Positions 41,994 to 53,736 of a stretch of DNA of 64,000 bases are shown here, piece after piece; position 1 is the first letter of the stretch, and each line of letters begins with the position of its first letter. Source of the DNA: Thermoanaerobaculia bacterium (GTDB lineage Bacteria; Acidobacteriota; Thermoanaerobaculia; UBA5066); the NCBI GenBank assembly GCA_963816185.1, contig CAWFJJ010000001.1, positions 608,001 through 672,000 of the forward strand, in the 5' to 3' direction. A program made the position numbers and the translations under genes. The notes beneath the pieces are model-generated. The model was given only the letters and a program-made list of their open reading frames with translations, was not told the origin of the DNA and did not search any database.

Positions 41994-43481
41994 TCAAGTC
42001 TCCTTTTTCGTGGCGGGAGTGGCAAGCGAGTTCCAAAGGTGCAACGTGGCATAAGCGCGGAACGGGCTCCACGAGGCGGCACGCGCGCGGAACGCCGCCT
42101 CCTTCGCCGAAGCGCCCGCCGCCTCGAGCGCGCGGCGAAGTCCGAGGTCTCCAGCGGGGAAAGCGTCCGGCTCGCCGAAAGCGCGGAGCGCCACGTATTG
42201 CGCCGTCCACGGCCCGATTCCCCTCAGCGCGCAGAGTCGCTGCTCGAAGTCTTCCAGGCCGCGGGGAGCCGCGAGCTCGAGCTCTTTCGTGTGGACGGCG
42301 CGCGCGAGCTCGCAGATCGCCTTCGCGCGTGCGCCCGGGACGCCGATCCGGGACAAGTTCGCTGAGGCGAGGACGGCGGGCGCCGGAAAAACGTGCGTCA
42401 AGCCGTCCGCGCCTGCGCCAAGAAGCGGTCGCCCGAACGCCTCGACGAGCCGGCCCGCGAGCGTGCGCGCTCCGCGCACGGAAATCTGCTGGCCGAGAAT
42501 CGCGCGGACGGCAATCTCGAAAGCGTCCCACGCGCCCGGGACACGGAGGCCGGGGCGGGCCGCGACGAGCGGCGCGAGAAGCGGATCCCGGCTCAAGACG
42601 CCGCCGATCGCAAGCGGATCCGCATCGACGTCGAAAATGCGTCCCGCGCGGCGCACGATCTCGAGGAGATCCCGCCCCGGAGCGAAATTCAGCGAAAGCT
42701 GCAGGAAGTCCTGCCCGGCGTCGTGTGAAACGTTCAGGACGCCCGCTCGTCCGCCACTTTCGATCGTCCGGGAATACGCGTGACCGCGAATCGCCTCGAC
42801 TCCCGGAAGGGCGCGTGCTTCGAGGAAAGAAAAAAGGGACGTCGCGTCGAATGGCGCGCGGACAGGCAGCTTCAGCGTCAAGGCTCGCTCGGACGTTCCC
42901 GTCGCCGGCGCTCGTTCTTTCTCCCTCGCAGCGCGCCGCAGCTCGCGCGGCGGGCGATGAAACGTCTCGCGGATTGCATCGTTGAACCGGCGCACGCTTT
43001 CGAAGCCGGCCGCGAACGCGACCTCCGCGATTGGAAGCGATGTCTCGTCCAGCAGCCGGCGCGCGAAATGGACGCGATGCGTGCGCTGGAGCGACGCGGG
43101 AGAAGCGCCGACATGTTCCGCGAAAAGCCGCCGCAAGTGGCGCGAGCCGAGTCCGAGGCGCTCGGAAAGAGCTTCAACGGATTCATGCCCGTTGCCGTCG
43201 AAAATCCTCTTCAATGCGCGCGAAACCGTCGCGGACGTCCCGTCCCAGACAGGGGAGCCGGGCGCAGTTTCAGGCCGGCAACGCCGGCAAGGCCGGAATC
43301 CGGCATCTTCCGCGGCGGCTGCGTAAGCGTAGAAACGCATGTTTTTCGGTTTCGGGAGAGGCGCGGGGCATCCGGGCCGGCAATAGACACGCGTCGTCAC
43401 GACGGCGACGAAGAATCGGCCGGAAAAGCGGCTATCCCTGCTCAGGATGGCTTTGACGCGGGCGGCGTTCTCGAGGTCCAC
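41994..43481 (-). CDS. alkA: Ada-AlkA fusion: metal-binding/AraC domain plus 3-methyladenine glycosylase II
   Basis: YCRPGCPA, FRPCRRCRP, AraC HTH, GIGPWTAQY, DAFPAGDLG. Confidence 0.9.
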   Translation of the reverse strand: MDLENAARVKAILSRDSRFSGRFFVAVVTTRVYCRPGCPAPLPKPKNMRFYAYAAAAEDAGFRPCRRCRPETAPGSPVWDGTSATVSRALKRIFDGNGHESVEALSERLGLGSRHLRRLFAEHVGASPASLQRTHRVHFARRLLDETSLPIAEVAFAAGFESVRRFNDAIRETFHRPPRELRRAAREKERAPATGTSERALTLKLPVRAPFDATSLFSFLEARALPGVEAIRGHAYSRTIESGGRAGVLNVSHDAGQDFLQLSLNFAPGRDLLEIVRRAGRIFDVDADPLAIGGVLSRDPLLAPLVAARPGLRVPGAWDAFEIAVRAILGQQISVRGARTLAGRLVEAFGRPLLGAGADGLTHVFPAPAVLASANLSRIGVPGARAKAICELARAVHTKELELAAPRGLEDFEQRLCALRGIGPWTAQYVALRAFGEPDAFPAGDLGLRRALEAAGASAKEAAFRARAASWSPFRAYATLHLWNSLATPATKKET

Positions 43482-43558
43482 GCGGGGAATCTACTCCCGG
43501 GCGGGTAAGAAACTAGCCGTTTTCGGACATGGCTGTCTTTCTCCTCCCGGGCGAGGAA

Positions 43559-44192
43559 TCAAGGAGCTGGAGGTTCGGGAGGCGCCGGAGAATCCGGCAG
43601 GTCCGCGGCGGGGGCGCCGCCGAGGCCGATGCGGTCCGCAATCGGCACTTGCGCGGCAAGGACGAGCGCGATGAGTTCGGGCACGGGCAGCGCCCCATTC
43701 TTCAGCGCCGCGCATCACGTAAGTCCGGTCCACGGAGCGTGCAAAAGATTTCTCCTTGAGCCGTTTCAGGACGGATTCAACGGGCACGTCCGCGATCTTC
43801 TTCGTCGGGCGGATGAGCGCGCACGCGCCCGCGAAACCCGTGAGCTCGTCCGCGGCAAGGATCGCTTTCTCCATCCGCGTTTTCCGCTCGATGTTCGTGT
43901 AGAACGCATGCCCGCCGACGGCCCGGATGATCTCTTCAGGCCAGCCGCGCTCTCTCAGGATCTCCATGCCGCGCCACACGTGATCCTGCTCCGTCGGGTA
44001 TTTCTCGTAATCGAAATCGTGGAGCATCCCGACGAGCCCCCACGTCTCGATCTCCGCTGCGTCCGTCACGCCCGACCTTCGCGCAAGATGGCGCATCGTC
44101 GCCTCGACCGCGAGCGCGTGGCGGCGGAGCGGTTGCGATTGCGTGTATTCCGTCAGAATCGCCCAGGCAGCCTCGCGCGAAGGGGTCTTCAT
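43559..44192 (-). CDS. HD domain (HDIG) hydrolase; frameshift near 43695
   Basis: LRRHALAVE, GMLHDFDYE, AADELTG, KEKSFARSVDR; corrected tail LPVPELIALVLAAQ... Confidence 0.8.
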
Positions 44193-44249
44193 GAATGCAA
44201 TCCTCGCATCAGCGCCTTGCCGAAGAAAGTCCCATAAACAGGACTGTCT

Positions 44250-44330
44250 AGTCGTTAATACGATTTCTGCACAGTTTATTGTGCATTTCTCCTGATTTTA
44301 GTGGATGAATTTCATTTTTGATCTCAAAAT
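44250..44330. promoter_or_regulatory. AT-rich glnA upstream region with dyads
   Basis: TGCACA-N6-TGTGCA (44268-44285) and TCGT-N4-ACGA (44252-44263). Confidence 0.5.
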
Positions 44331-44376
44331 CCGCACGGCGAAGACCAATTTCCGAAAGGAAGAAAGGGAAACCGAG

Positions 44377-45717
44377 ATGGGCATGAAGGCGGTCGAGATC
44401 CTCAAGGAGTGCGACAAACAAGGCGTGCGGTTCCTGCGTCTCCAATTCACGGACATCCTCGGAATCATCAAGAACGTCGAAGTCCCCCGTTCGCAGTTCG
44501 AGAAAGCGCTCGACGGCGAGATCCAGTTCGACGGCTCTTCAATCGAGGGCTTCACGCGAATCGAGGAATCGGACATGGGTCTCGTGCCCGACCTCGATAC
44601 GTTCCGCATCTTCCCGTGGCCGCACCCGAACGGGAAGGTCGCGCGACTCGTCTGCGACATCATCGAGCCGGACGGCAAGGCCTTCGCCGGCTGCCCGCGC
44701 CAGACGCTGAAGCGTCAGATGGACAAGGCGAAGGCTCTCGGCTACACGCTCATGACCGGGCCCGAGGCGGAATTCTTCCTTTTCCGCCGTGATGCGAACG
44801 GCGACCCGATCGTCGACACGCATGACCAGGGCGGCTACTTCGACCTGACCCCCGTGGACCGCGGCGAAGAAGCGCGGCGCGACGTCGTCGTCGCGCTCGA
44901 GGCGATGGGCTTCGAGGTCGAGGCGGCGCATCACGAGGTCGCTCCCGGCCAGCACGAGATCGACTTCAAGTACGGCGACGCGGTCACGACGGCGGACCAG
45001 GTCACGACGTTCAAGCTCATCGTGAAGAAGGTTGCGCTCGATCACGGCCTGCACGCGACGTTCATGCCGAAACCGATTTTCGGCGTGAACGGTTCCGGCA
45101 TGCACGTCCACCAATCCCTCGTCACGGGCTCCGGCGCGTCCATTAAGAACGCGTTCTTCGATTCGAAGGCGAAGTACGAGCTCTCGAGCGTCGCGATGAG
45201 CTACATCGGCGGCATCCTGAAGCACGCGCGCGCGATCGCCGCCGTCACGAATCCGCTCGTGAACTCGTACAAACGGCTCGTGCCCGGATACGAGGCACCG
45301 GTGAACGTCGCATGGTCCGAGCGCAACCGCTCGCCGATGGTGCGCATTCCGGCGCGGCGCGGCATGGGCACGCGTTGCGAAGTTCGGATGCCGGATCCCT
45401 CGTGCAACCCGTACCTCGCGTTCACCGTCATGCTCGCGGCGGGCCTCGACGGCATCAAGAACAAGCTCGACGCGGGCGAGCCCGTGAACCAGAACGTTTT
45501 CGAGATGTCGGCTCGCGAGAAGAAACGCCTGAAGATCGACGTTCTCCCCGGCAACCTCTCGGAAGCGCTCGACTGCCTCGAGAAGGACGACCTCCTCAAG
45601 AACGCGCTCGGCGAGCACGTCGTCGAGAAGTTCATCGAGGCCAAGCGCTCCGAGTGGCAGACGTACATCGCGTGCGTCCACCCCTGGGAAGTGGAACGCT
45701 ATCTCCAGGCGTACTGA
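44377..45717 (+). CDS. glnA: Glutamine synthetase type I
   Basis: FDGSSIEGF, HHEVAPGQHE, ATFMPKP, NSYKRLVPGYEAP, NPYLAF. Confidence 0.95.
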   Translation: MGMKAVEILKECDKQGVRFLRLQFTDILGIIKNVEVPRSQFEKALDGEIQFDGSSIEGFTRIEESDMGLVPDLDTFRIFPWPHPNGKVARLVCDIIEPDGKAFAGCPRQTLKRQMDKAKALGYTLMTGPEAEFFLFRRDANGDPIVDTHDQGGYFDLTPVDRGEEARRDVVVALEAMGFEVEAAHHEVAPGQHEIDFKYGDAVTTADQVTTFKLIVKKVALDHGLHATFMPKPIFGVNGSGMHVHQSLVTGSGASIKNAFFDSKAKYELSSVAMSYIGGILKHARAIAAVTNPLVNSYKRLVPGYEAPVNVAWSERNRSPMVRIPARRGMGTRCEVRMPDPSCNPYLAFTVMLAAGLDGIKNKLDAGEPVNQNVFEMSAREKKRLKIDVLPGNLSEALDCLEKDDLLKNALGEHVVEKFIEAKRSEWQTYIACVHPWEVERYLQAY

Positions 45718-45736
45718 CGAGCCGTGGGACCCCGGT

Positions 45737-46432
45737 TCAGAGGTCGAGCTTCGCGCGTGCGGCGGCGAGGACGGCCGCCGCCGCCGCGGGCATGCCGAGC
45801 GCACGAGGATGGACGACGAGGTCGTAAGCCGCCGGATCTTCGATCTCCCTCTGGAAGGCCTGCCAGATGAAATCCCGCTGTGCCGTGTCGCTCGCCGCGA
45901 TGCGGCGGCACGCTTCGTCGAGCGTGAGGCCCAGGTCGCGCGCCAGCGCCTCGGCGCGCTCGGCGGCCGGGGCGACGGTACGGACGCAAAGCCCGTATGC
46001 GGGATCCAGCATGAAATTCGCGCCGCGCCCGACGAGCACCGCGTGACCCTCGCGCCCCAGACGTTGGACGACGTGCGTCAGATCGACGAGGTAGCGAGCC
46101 TGGCCGGGGTCGGCCGGAAGGATGAGCGGCGCGATGTACTCGCCGAACGCGCGCACGCCCTTCTCGTCGAATCGCTCGAGGGTCCACTCGTCACGCCGCA
46201 TATCGGACGCCACCGCGTGGAGGATCTCCCGATCGTAGACGCTCCAGCCGAGCGCGGACCCGACCCGGACCGCAAGCTCGTTGCCCGCCGACCCGAGCTC
46301 ACGCGAGAACGCGATCCAGGGTCCTTCGGCCTGCGCGGGCCCGGCAGACGGGCTTTCCGTCGCGCGCCGGCGCATTTCCGTGAAGCGACCCTGGCGATCT
46401 GCAAGTTCCACGCCGGGAAGCGTCGAAGTCAT
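45737..46432 (-). CDS. Cytidylate kinase-like family protein
   Basis: IAFSRELGSAG, VYDREIL, VLVGRGANF, PAAYDLV. Confidence 0.85.
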   Translation of the reverse strand: MTSTLPGVELADRQGRFTEMRRRATESPSAGPAQAEGPWIAFSRELGSAGNELAVRVGSALGWSVYDREILHAVASDMRRDEWTLERFDEKGVRAFGEYIAPLILPADPGQARYLVDLTHVVQRLGREGHAVLVGRGANFMLDPAYGLCVRTVAPAAERAEALARDLGLTLDEACRRIAASDTAQRDFIWQAFQREIEDPAAYDLVVHPRALGMPAAAAAVLAAARAKLDL

Positions 46433-46528
46433 GACGGCCTCCCCCTGCCGGCCTGCCCTGGCCGACTCGAGCCTGCGGATAATGTAGTGCCGCCGCGCCG
46501 TTCGTGCATGCCCGGCCGCGCCGCGACT

Positions 46529-47684
46529 TCACGAAATCAACATCGCGTCGCCGTAGCTGAAGAAGCGATATCCCTTCGCGACCGCCTCCCGGTAGGCGGC
46601 CAGAACTCGCTCGCGTCCCGCGAACGCGGACACGAGCATGAGCAGCGTCGAGCGGGGCAGGTGGAAGTTCGTCAGGAGCGCGTCCACGATGTGAAACGTC
46701 GCGCCCGGGCACGAGGAAGAGGTCCGTCTCGAACGCGCCTGCGGCGACCGTGCCGCCGTGCGTGCGAGCCGACGCCTCGAGCGTGCGCACGGACGTCGTG
46801 CCGACCGCGACGACGCGACGCCCGTCGCGTTTCGCATGGTTCACGCGTTCGGCGGTTTCCCCGGGGATTTCCGTCCGCTCGAGATCCATCCGGTGCTCTT
46901 CGACGAGATCGACTTTTACCGGCTTGAACGTGCCGAGGCCCACGTGCAGGGTCACGCGTGCGAGGTGCACTCCCTGCGCTTCGATCTTCGCGAGCAGGTC
47001 GGGAGTGAAGTGCAGCCCGGCCGTCGGCGCCGCGATCGCACCGGGGCGATCGGCGAACACGGTCTGGTAGTCGATCGCATCCTGGGCGTCCGCGACGCCG
47101 AGCGGGCGCCGGATGTAGGGTGGCAGGGGAGCGGACCCGAGGGAGGGGAGATCGTCGAGGAGAAAAGACGTTTTGCTCCCGTGCTTCGTGAAACGGAGAA
47201 CGTAGAGGCCGGCTTCGGAGCGAGTCGTTTCGCCGGTTTTCTTAGAAGGTGAATGGGGCATGGGCTGGGCCCGAGCCGCGCTCGCGAGCGCCACGGCCTC
47301 CCACCCCCCTTCGAAGAAAAAGCGCCGTCCCGGTTTGACGCGCCGTCCCGGTTTTGCGAGACACCGCCAGAGCTCCTCTTCTTTCTTTTCCCTTTTCGAA
47401 GCAAAATCCGAAATCCCCGGTTCCTCCGACATCTTCGAAACCAGCAGGAATTCCGTCCTTCGCCCCTTCTCGTCCGTTCCGAAAATCCGCGCCGGGATGA
47501 CTTTCGTGTCGTTCAGGACAAGGACGTCACCCGCGTGGAGAAGCGACGGCAGATCGGCGACCACGCGATGGGCGAACGCGCCCGTCCGGCGGTCGAGCGT
47601 CATGAGGCGTGCGGTGCCGCGCGGGGCGGGCCGCTGGGCGATGGATTCGGACGGCAGCACGAAATCGAAATCCGCGACGTCCAT
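46529..47684 (-). CDS. queA: S-adenosylmethionine:tRNA ribosyltransferase-isomerase; frameshift near 46705
   Basis: [60 protein letters not shown]. Confidence 0.92.
47232..47412. repeat. Dispersed motif cluster G inside queA
   Basis: + TTTTCTTAGAAGGTGAA (47237-47253); - copies at 47308-47322 and about 47375-47410. Confidence 0.7.
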
Positions 47685-47722
47685 CCGCCGCATTTTGCAC
47701 GGCCGCTGTGCGAGACTGACGC

Positions 47723-49338
47723 ATGCGGTCGAGGGCCGGAGTCGTCGTGGGGCTCTATGCCCTTCTGGCGCTTCTCACCGTCCCGGTTTTTCCGCACTTT
47801 CTCTCGCCGAACGAGTTCACGCGCTGGGCGCTCGCCGCGTCGTTCGTCGAGCACGGCACGCCGGAGATCTCCTCCGTTCTGCCGCTCCTCGGGCCGGCGT
47901 TCGAGGATGTCTCGGAGAAAGGCGGGCGCGTCTACTCGAACAAGGCACCCGGCGCGACGCTCGTCGCCCTGCCGGGGTACCTTCTCGCGCGCCCGTTCTC
48001 GGGAGCGCCCTCGCCTTCTTCGATGCGACCGGTTCTGTGGGCGATGCGGCTCTTCGGTGCGACGGCGCCCGCAGTGCTGCTCGCGCTCGTCCTGTTCCAC
48101 GCGGCCGTGAGGTCCGGGGCTTCTCCCTCGCGCGCCGCGAGTGCGGCATTCGCTCTCCTTTTCGCGACGCCGCTCTTCACATACGGCCTGCTTCTCTTTT
48201 CGCACGCCCTCGCCGCGGCGTGCCTCTTCGGAGCGTGGGTCGCGCTCTTCCATCCGGGCGATCCTTCCCGCGTGTTTCGCCGCGATGTGCTTGCGGGCGC
48301 GCTCCTCGGTCTCGCGGTCCTCTCGGAGTACCCGGCGGCCGTGCCGGCGGCCGTGCTCGCCCTTTGCGCGGTCATCCCCGCGCCCCGGCGCGCCCTCGCC
48401 CTCGCCGCGGGGGGTGCTCCGTTCGCGGCCCTTCTCGGCGCGTACGATCTGGCCTGCTTCGGGGGAGTCTTCGAGCTTTCTTCCGCCCACGAGCTCTCGT
48501 CGAGCTTCCGGTCGCTCGCCTCGGCGGGTCTCTTCGGCATCGCCCTGCCGTCTCCGGAAATCCTCCTTCGCCTGCTCGCGGACCCGTCGAAAGGCCTCCT
48601 GGTCTTCTCGCCGTTTCTCCTCCTGTGGCCCGGAGCGCTTCTCTCGTCCCGCGCCGCGTTGCCTTTCGGGGGCCGCGTCGCGCTCGTGCTCGCTCCTCTC
48701 TCGCTTCTCCTCCTCTATGCGGGCTACCCGAACTGGCACGGCGGGTTCAGCGTCGGGCCGCGGTATCTCGTCGCGGCTCTGCCGTTCCTCGTCTTCCCGT
48801 TCGCATTCGGGAAGGGGGGATTCCTCGAGAGCGCGCTCGTCGGTGCTTCGACGCTGGCCGTTTGCGCGACGACGCTCGCGTTCCCGTTCGTCCCTCCCGG
48901 GTTCGCGTTGCCGTGGGGCTCATTCGCGGCGTACTTCTTCGAGAGGGGCTCGACGCTGCCGAACGTGTTGCAGATCGTTGCGCCCTCGGCGGCGCGCTTC
49001 GTCCTGCCGGCAATCGTGGCGGTCGCGGCGTACTTATCCTTGGAAGGGAAGAGAGAAGAGGATCCGAAAGCCGAAGGGGAAGGGTGGGAATCGCTTTTTT
49101 CCTTGGAGCGGCGGCCTGCGCATTCCTGGGAATTCTCCTTTCTAAGCAAGTTATTCTTTCTTCTCCTTCCCTTCTTCTCCAGCGTGCGTACGTCGCCGAT
49201 GTTTACTTCGAGCAGCGGGGCACGCTCGATGAGGAGATCGCCCGGACCGGATCCCGGCAGCCGCGTCTCCTCGCCCGGCGCGAGCGGGAACTTTCGCTTC
49301 CCCCGCCGCCCTGGCCTTTTCCGCCGGCATCACGCTGA
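47723..49338 (+). CDS. Polytopic membrane protein, GT-C glycosyltransferase-like; frameshift near 49050-49090
   Basis: YSNKAPG, many TM segments, [18 protein letters not shown]. Confidence 0.7.
49030..49180. repeat. Dispersed motif cluster H
   Basis: + CCTTGGAAGGGAAGAGAGAAG (from 49038); - CTTGCTTAGAAAGGAG (49135-49150) with pyrimidine tract on +. Confidence 0.6.
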
Positions 49339-49400
49339 TCGAAGGGAGCGCGCCGCCGGGCCGGCAAAGATCGCGCCGGCGGCGCCGAACGGTTGTATAG

Positions 49401-50042
<642 letters not shown>

Positions 50043-50056
50043 AGGGTGCGCACGGC

Positions 50057-51034
50057 GTGACCACGAAGCGAAGCGAAGCCCCGGAGCCCGCCGTCCCACG
50101 CCCGCCGACGTTCTCCCGGAAGGACCTCCTCGACATCGAGTCGATCACCGAGGACGACATCCGGCTCGTCCTCGACACGGCCGAGTCGATGCGCGAGATC
50201 AACCAGCGCGCGATCAAGAAAGTCCCGACCCTCCGCGGCAAGCTCGTCGCGAACCTCTTTTTCGAGAACTCGACGCGCACCCGCTTCTCGTTCGAGATCG
50301 CCGAGCGCCGTCTTTCCGCCGACTCGATCGCGCTCTCGGCCACGGGTACGTCGGTCGCGAAGGGCGAGACTCTCCTCGACACGGGGAGAAACCTCATGGC
50401 GATGGCGCCGGACGCGATCGTGATTCGCCACCGGCGCGCGGGCGCCCCGCACCTCCTGGCACGGCACCTCCCGTGCGCGGTCGTCAACGCGGGCGACGGC
50501 GCGCACGCGCATCCCACGCAGGCCCTGCTCGACGCCTTCACGATCCGCCGCGCGAAGGGCTCTCTCGCGGGCCTGAGGGTCGCGATCTGCGGAGACGTCT
50601 CGCACAGCCGGGTCGCGCGCTCGGACGTGTCGCTTCTGACGAAGATGGGCGCGGGTGTCACGCTCTTCGGCCCGGCGACGCTCCTTCCCGTCGAGATCGA
50701 GCGCACGGGCGCGCGCGTCGTGAACCGCATCGAGGAGGCCGTCGAAGGGGCCGACGTCGTCATGATTCTGCGCGTCCAGAAGGAGCGCGGCGGCGGCCTC
50801 GGCTTCCCGTCCGACAAGGAGTACTTCGAGCTGTTCGGACTGACGCCCGAACGGCGGCGCCTCGCGAAGAAAGACGCGATCGTGATGCACCCGGGCCCCA
50901 TGAACCGCGGCGTCGAGATCGACTCCGCCGTCGCAGACGGGCCGGACTCGGTGATCCTCGACCAGGTGGAGAACGGCGTCGCGGTGCGCATGGCGGTGCT
51001 CTATCTCCTGATCGGAGCGAGCGGCGATGAGTGA
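50057..51034 (+). CDS. pyrB: Aspartate carbamoyltransferase catalytic subunit
   Basis: [26 protein letters not shown]. Confidence 0.95.
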   Translation: MTTKRSEAPEPAVPRPPTFSRKDLLDIESITEDDIRLVLDTAESMREINQRAIKKVPTLRGKLVANLFFENSTRTRFSFEIAERRLSADSIALSATGTSVAKGETLLDTGRNLMAMAPDAIVIRHRRAGAPHLLARHLPCAVVNAGDGAHAHPTQALLDAFTIRRAKGSLAGLRVAICGDVSHSRVARSDVSLLTKMGAGVTLFGPATLLPVEIERTGARVVNRIEEAVEGADVVMILRVQKERGGGLGFPSDKEYFELFGLTPERRRLAKKDAIVMHPGPMNRGVEIDSAVADGPDSVILDQVENGVAVRMAVLYLLIGASGDE

Positions 51035-52340
51035 AGCCGTTCTCCTCAAGGGCGGGCGAGTCGTGGATCCGTCCCGCAACCTCGATCAGACTCTCGACGT
51101 GCTTCTCCGCGACGGCGTCGTCGCAAAAGTCGACGAGAAGATCGTGGCGAAAGGGGCCGACGTCGTGGACGCCGCGGGCCTCGTCGTGGCACCCGGGTTC
51201 GTGGACCTCCACGCGCACCTTCGCGAGCCCGGCTTCGAGTACAAGGAGACCGTCGCGACCGGCACGCGCGCCGCAGCGGCGGGGGGCTTCACGACCGTCT
51301 GCGCAATGGCGAACACGCTGCCCGTGATCGACGACGCGCCGTCCGTGGCATTCCTCGTTCGGCGCATTCGCGAGACCGCCGTCGTGCGCGTTCACCCGAT
51401 CGGCGCCGTCTCGAAAGGCCTTCAGGGACTCGCGCTCGCCGAGATCGGCTCGATGAAAGCCGAGGGCATCGTCGCCGTCTCCGACGACGGAAAACCCATC
51501 GCGAACGGCATGCTCATGCGGCGCGCCCTCGAGTACGCCTCGATGTTCGACCTTCCCGTCGTCGTCCACGAGGAGGACCCGAGCGTCGTGGGCGGCGGTG
51601 TCATGAACGAAGGGTGGGCCTCGACCCGCCTCGGATTGCCAGGCTGGCCGAACGTCGGCGAGTCCGCGATGGTCGCGCGCGACGTCCAGCTCGCCGCGCT
51701 CACGAAGGCGCGCCTGCACGTCGCCCACGTCTCGACGCGCGAGAGCCTCGAGGCGCTTCGCGCCGCGCGGCGGGCCGGCGTCGCGGTAACGTGCGAGGCG
51801 ACCCCTCACCACCTCACGCTCACGGACGAGGACCTCGCGCGGTCCGGCTACGACACGCGCTTCAAGATGAACCCGCCGCTCCGGTCCGAAGCCGACCGGG
51901 CGGCTCTCGTCGCGGCGCTCGTGGAAGGAACGATCGACGCCGTCGCGACCGATCACGCGCCTCACCACGAAGACGAGAAGGCCCTCGAGTTCGAGGACGC
52001 CCCTTTCGGCGTCACGGGGCTGGAGACGGCGCTGCCGGTCCTCGTGGACGCTCTCCTCGTCCCGCGCGCGATCACGCTCATGCGCCTCGTCGAGGTGCTG
52101 TCGACGGCGCCGGCGCGGGTCTTTTCGCTCCCGGGCGGCACGCTCGTAGAGGGGGTGCCCGCGGACGTCGTCGTGTTCTCGACGTCGAAGTCGACGCACG
52201 TCACGCCCGACGGTTTCGCGAGCCTCTCGAAGAACTCGCCGTGGACCGCGCGCACCCTGCGCGGGCGCGTGGAGCACACGTTCGTCGGCGGGCGCGAGGT
52301 GTTCTCGCGCGGCGCAGGCGCATCGGGAGGGGCGCGTTGA
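51027..52340 (+). CDS. pyrC: Dihydroorotase
   Basis: [24 protein letters not shown]. Confidence 0.93.
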   Translation: MSEAVLLKGGRVVDPSRNLDQTLDVLLRDGVVAKVDEKIVAKGADVVDAAGLVVAPGFVDLHAHLREPGFEYKETVATGTRAAAAGGFTTVCAMANTLPVIDDAPSVAFLVRRIRETAVVRVHPIGAVSKGLQGLALAEIGSMKAEGIVAVSDDGKPIANGMLMRRALEYASMFDLPVVVHEEDPSVVGGGVMNEGWASTRLGLPGWPNVGESAMVARDVQLAALTKARLHVAHVSTRESLEALRAARRAGVAVTCEATPHHLTLTDEDLARSGYDTRFKMNPPLRSEADRAALVAALVEGTIDAVATDHAPHHEDEKALEFEDAPFGVTGLETALPVLVDALLVPRAITLMRLVEVLSTAPARVFSLPGGTLVEGVPADVVVFSTSKSTHVTPDGFASLSKNSPWTARTLRGRVEHTFVGGREVFSRGAGASGGAR

Positions 52341-52771
52341 GCGAGCCGTACCTGAAGCCCGTGTCCGCGGAGAACCCGGTCGCCGCCGGCCAGCCGAAGC
52401 GGGTCGTCCTCGTGGACGAGTCCGCGCTCTATGCGGAGTCCTGGCGCGCGGTCCTCGCGTGCCGCTACGGTCCGGCCGTCTCCTTCGAGTTCTACCGGGA
52501 TCCGATCGCGGCGCTCGACGCGCTCGGCCCGGACGTGAGCCTTCTCCTCGTCGACCTCGAGCTGCCGCTCTTCGGCGGCCGGAAGATGTTCGAGCTCGCG
52601 AAGGGCCGGGGCGTCGCCTGCAGGCGGATCGTGATCCTCTCGAGCCGGCCCGCCGAGGAGCTCCACGAGCTTTTCCCGGAGGGCTCCTGCCTCGCGGTCA
52701 TCGACAAGACGGAACCGAACCAGGAGAACGCCTTCCTCATGATCCTCGACTCGATCGTGAGGCGGCACTAG
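52337..52771 (+). CDS. Single-domain response regulator receiver
   Basis: VVLVDE, LLVDLELP..GG, VILSS, IDK; TTGA overlap with pyrC stop. Confidence 0.65.
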   Translation: MSEPYLKPVSAENPVAAGQPKRVVLVDESALYAESWRAVLACRYGPAVSFEFYRDPIAALDALGPDVSLLLVDLELPLFGGRKMFELAKGRGVACRRIVILSSRPAEELHELFPEGSCLAVIDKTEPNQENAFLMILDSIVRRH

Positions 52772-52782
52772 CCGGCGCGCCG

Positions 52783-53736
52783 TCAGCGTGGCGGCGGCGG
52801 CTGGGCGAGCTCCGGGACTGCGGCGACGGCCGCCGGCTCCGGAGGTTTCACGTCGAGCATCTCGGCGAGGAACGCGAGGCGGTCCCGGCGCGCTTCCGCG
52901 TTCAGCGCGTGCGGCGCTTCGTACACCTTGAAGCGCTTCGGCTCGCTCACGTTCGCGGCGTACTCCTTCGCGTGCGCGGGCGTGAGGAAATCCTCTCGGG
53001 TCGCGTACTGCATGAAGACGGTCGCGGGCGCCGCGTGCGCGACGTACGGACCGGGGTCGGCCCAGGCGTGCTCCGCGACGAACGGGTCCCACTTCGCGTG
53101 GCCGATCTTCTCGATGTAATGCTTGTACGCATCGGACCGGAAGTCGGCCTGGTCCGAGAGCGCACCCGCCATCAGGACATACGCCTTGAAGCGCCGGTCG
53201 ACGCCCGCGAGGATCGCCCCGACCGCCGCGTTGTAGCTGTGGCCGACGAACGCGAGGCGGCGTGGGTCGACGTCGAGCCGCGCGAGGAGGAGATCGGCGC
53301 CGCGGCGCATGTCCACGACCTGCTGGACGAGGTCGTCGAACTGCTTCGCGTTGAGCGGCGTCCGGTCGGGGGTGTAGCCGGCGCGCGCGACGGGTCCGTC
53401 CGTCAGGAGCGAGACGACGCCGGAGCGCGCGAGGACGACCGCCTCGTCGAGGAACTGGCGGCGGCTCTTCATCGGGGAGTTCTCCCAGTACCAGTGGCCC
53501 CAGAGAACGGCCGCGAACGGTCCCTTGCCGCCCGGCACGACAAGGTACGCCGGGACCCGCCCGCCCTTCGGGCTCGCGTACGTCAGGTCCTGGATCGCGA
53601 CGTCCCCTCGCGTCTCGACGCCCTTCGTGATGACGTCGAGGGGAGCCTTCGGGTCGTAGGAGAAGTGCGACTCGGGGGCGGCCGTCGCGGCTGCAGCTGC
53701 GGCGGCGAGGAGCAGGGCGATGAGGGTATGCGTCAT
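52783..53736 (-). CDS. Exported alpha/beta hydrolase
   Basis: Signal peptide; VPAYLVVP, VGHSYNA nucleophile elbow, YEAPH. Confidence 0.8.
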   Translation of the reverse strand: MTHTLIALLLAAAAAAATAAPESHFSYDPKAPLDVITKGVETRGDVAIQDLTYASPKGGRVPAYLVVPGGKGPFAAVLWGHWYWENSPMKSRRQFLDEAVVLARSGVVSLLTDGPVARAGYTPDRTPLNAKQFDDLVQQVVDMRRGADLLLARLDVDPRRLAFVGHSYNAAVGAILAGVDRRFKAYVLMAGALSDQADFRSDAYKHYIEKIGHAKWDPFVAEHAWADPGPYVAHAAPATVFMQYATREDFLTPAHAKEYAANVSEPKRFKVYEAPHALNAEARRDRLAFLAEMLDVKPPEPAAVAAVPELAQPPPPR

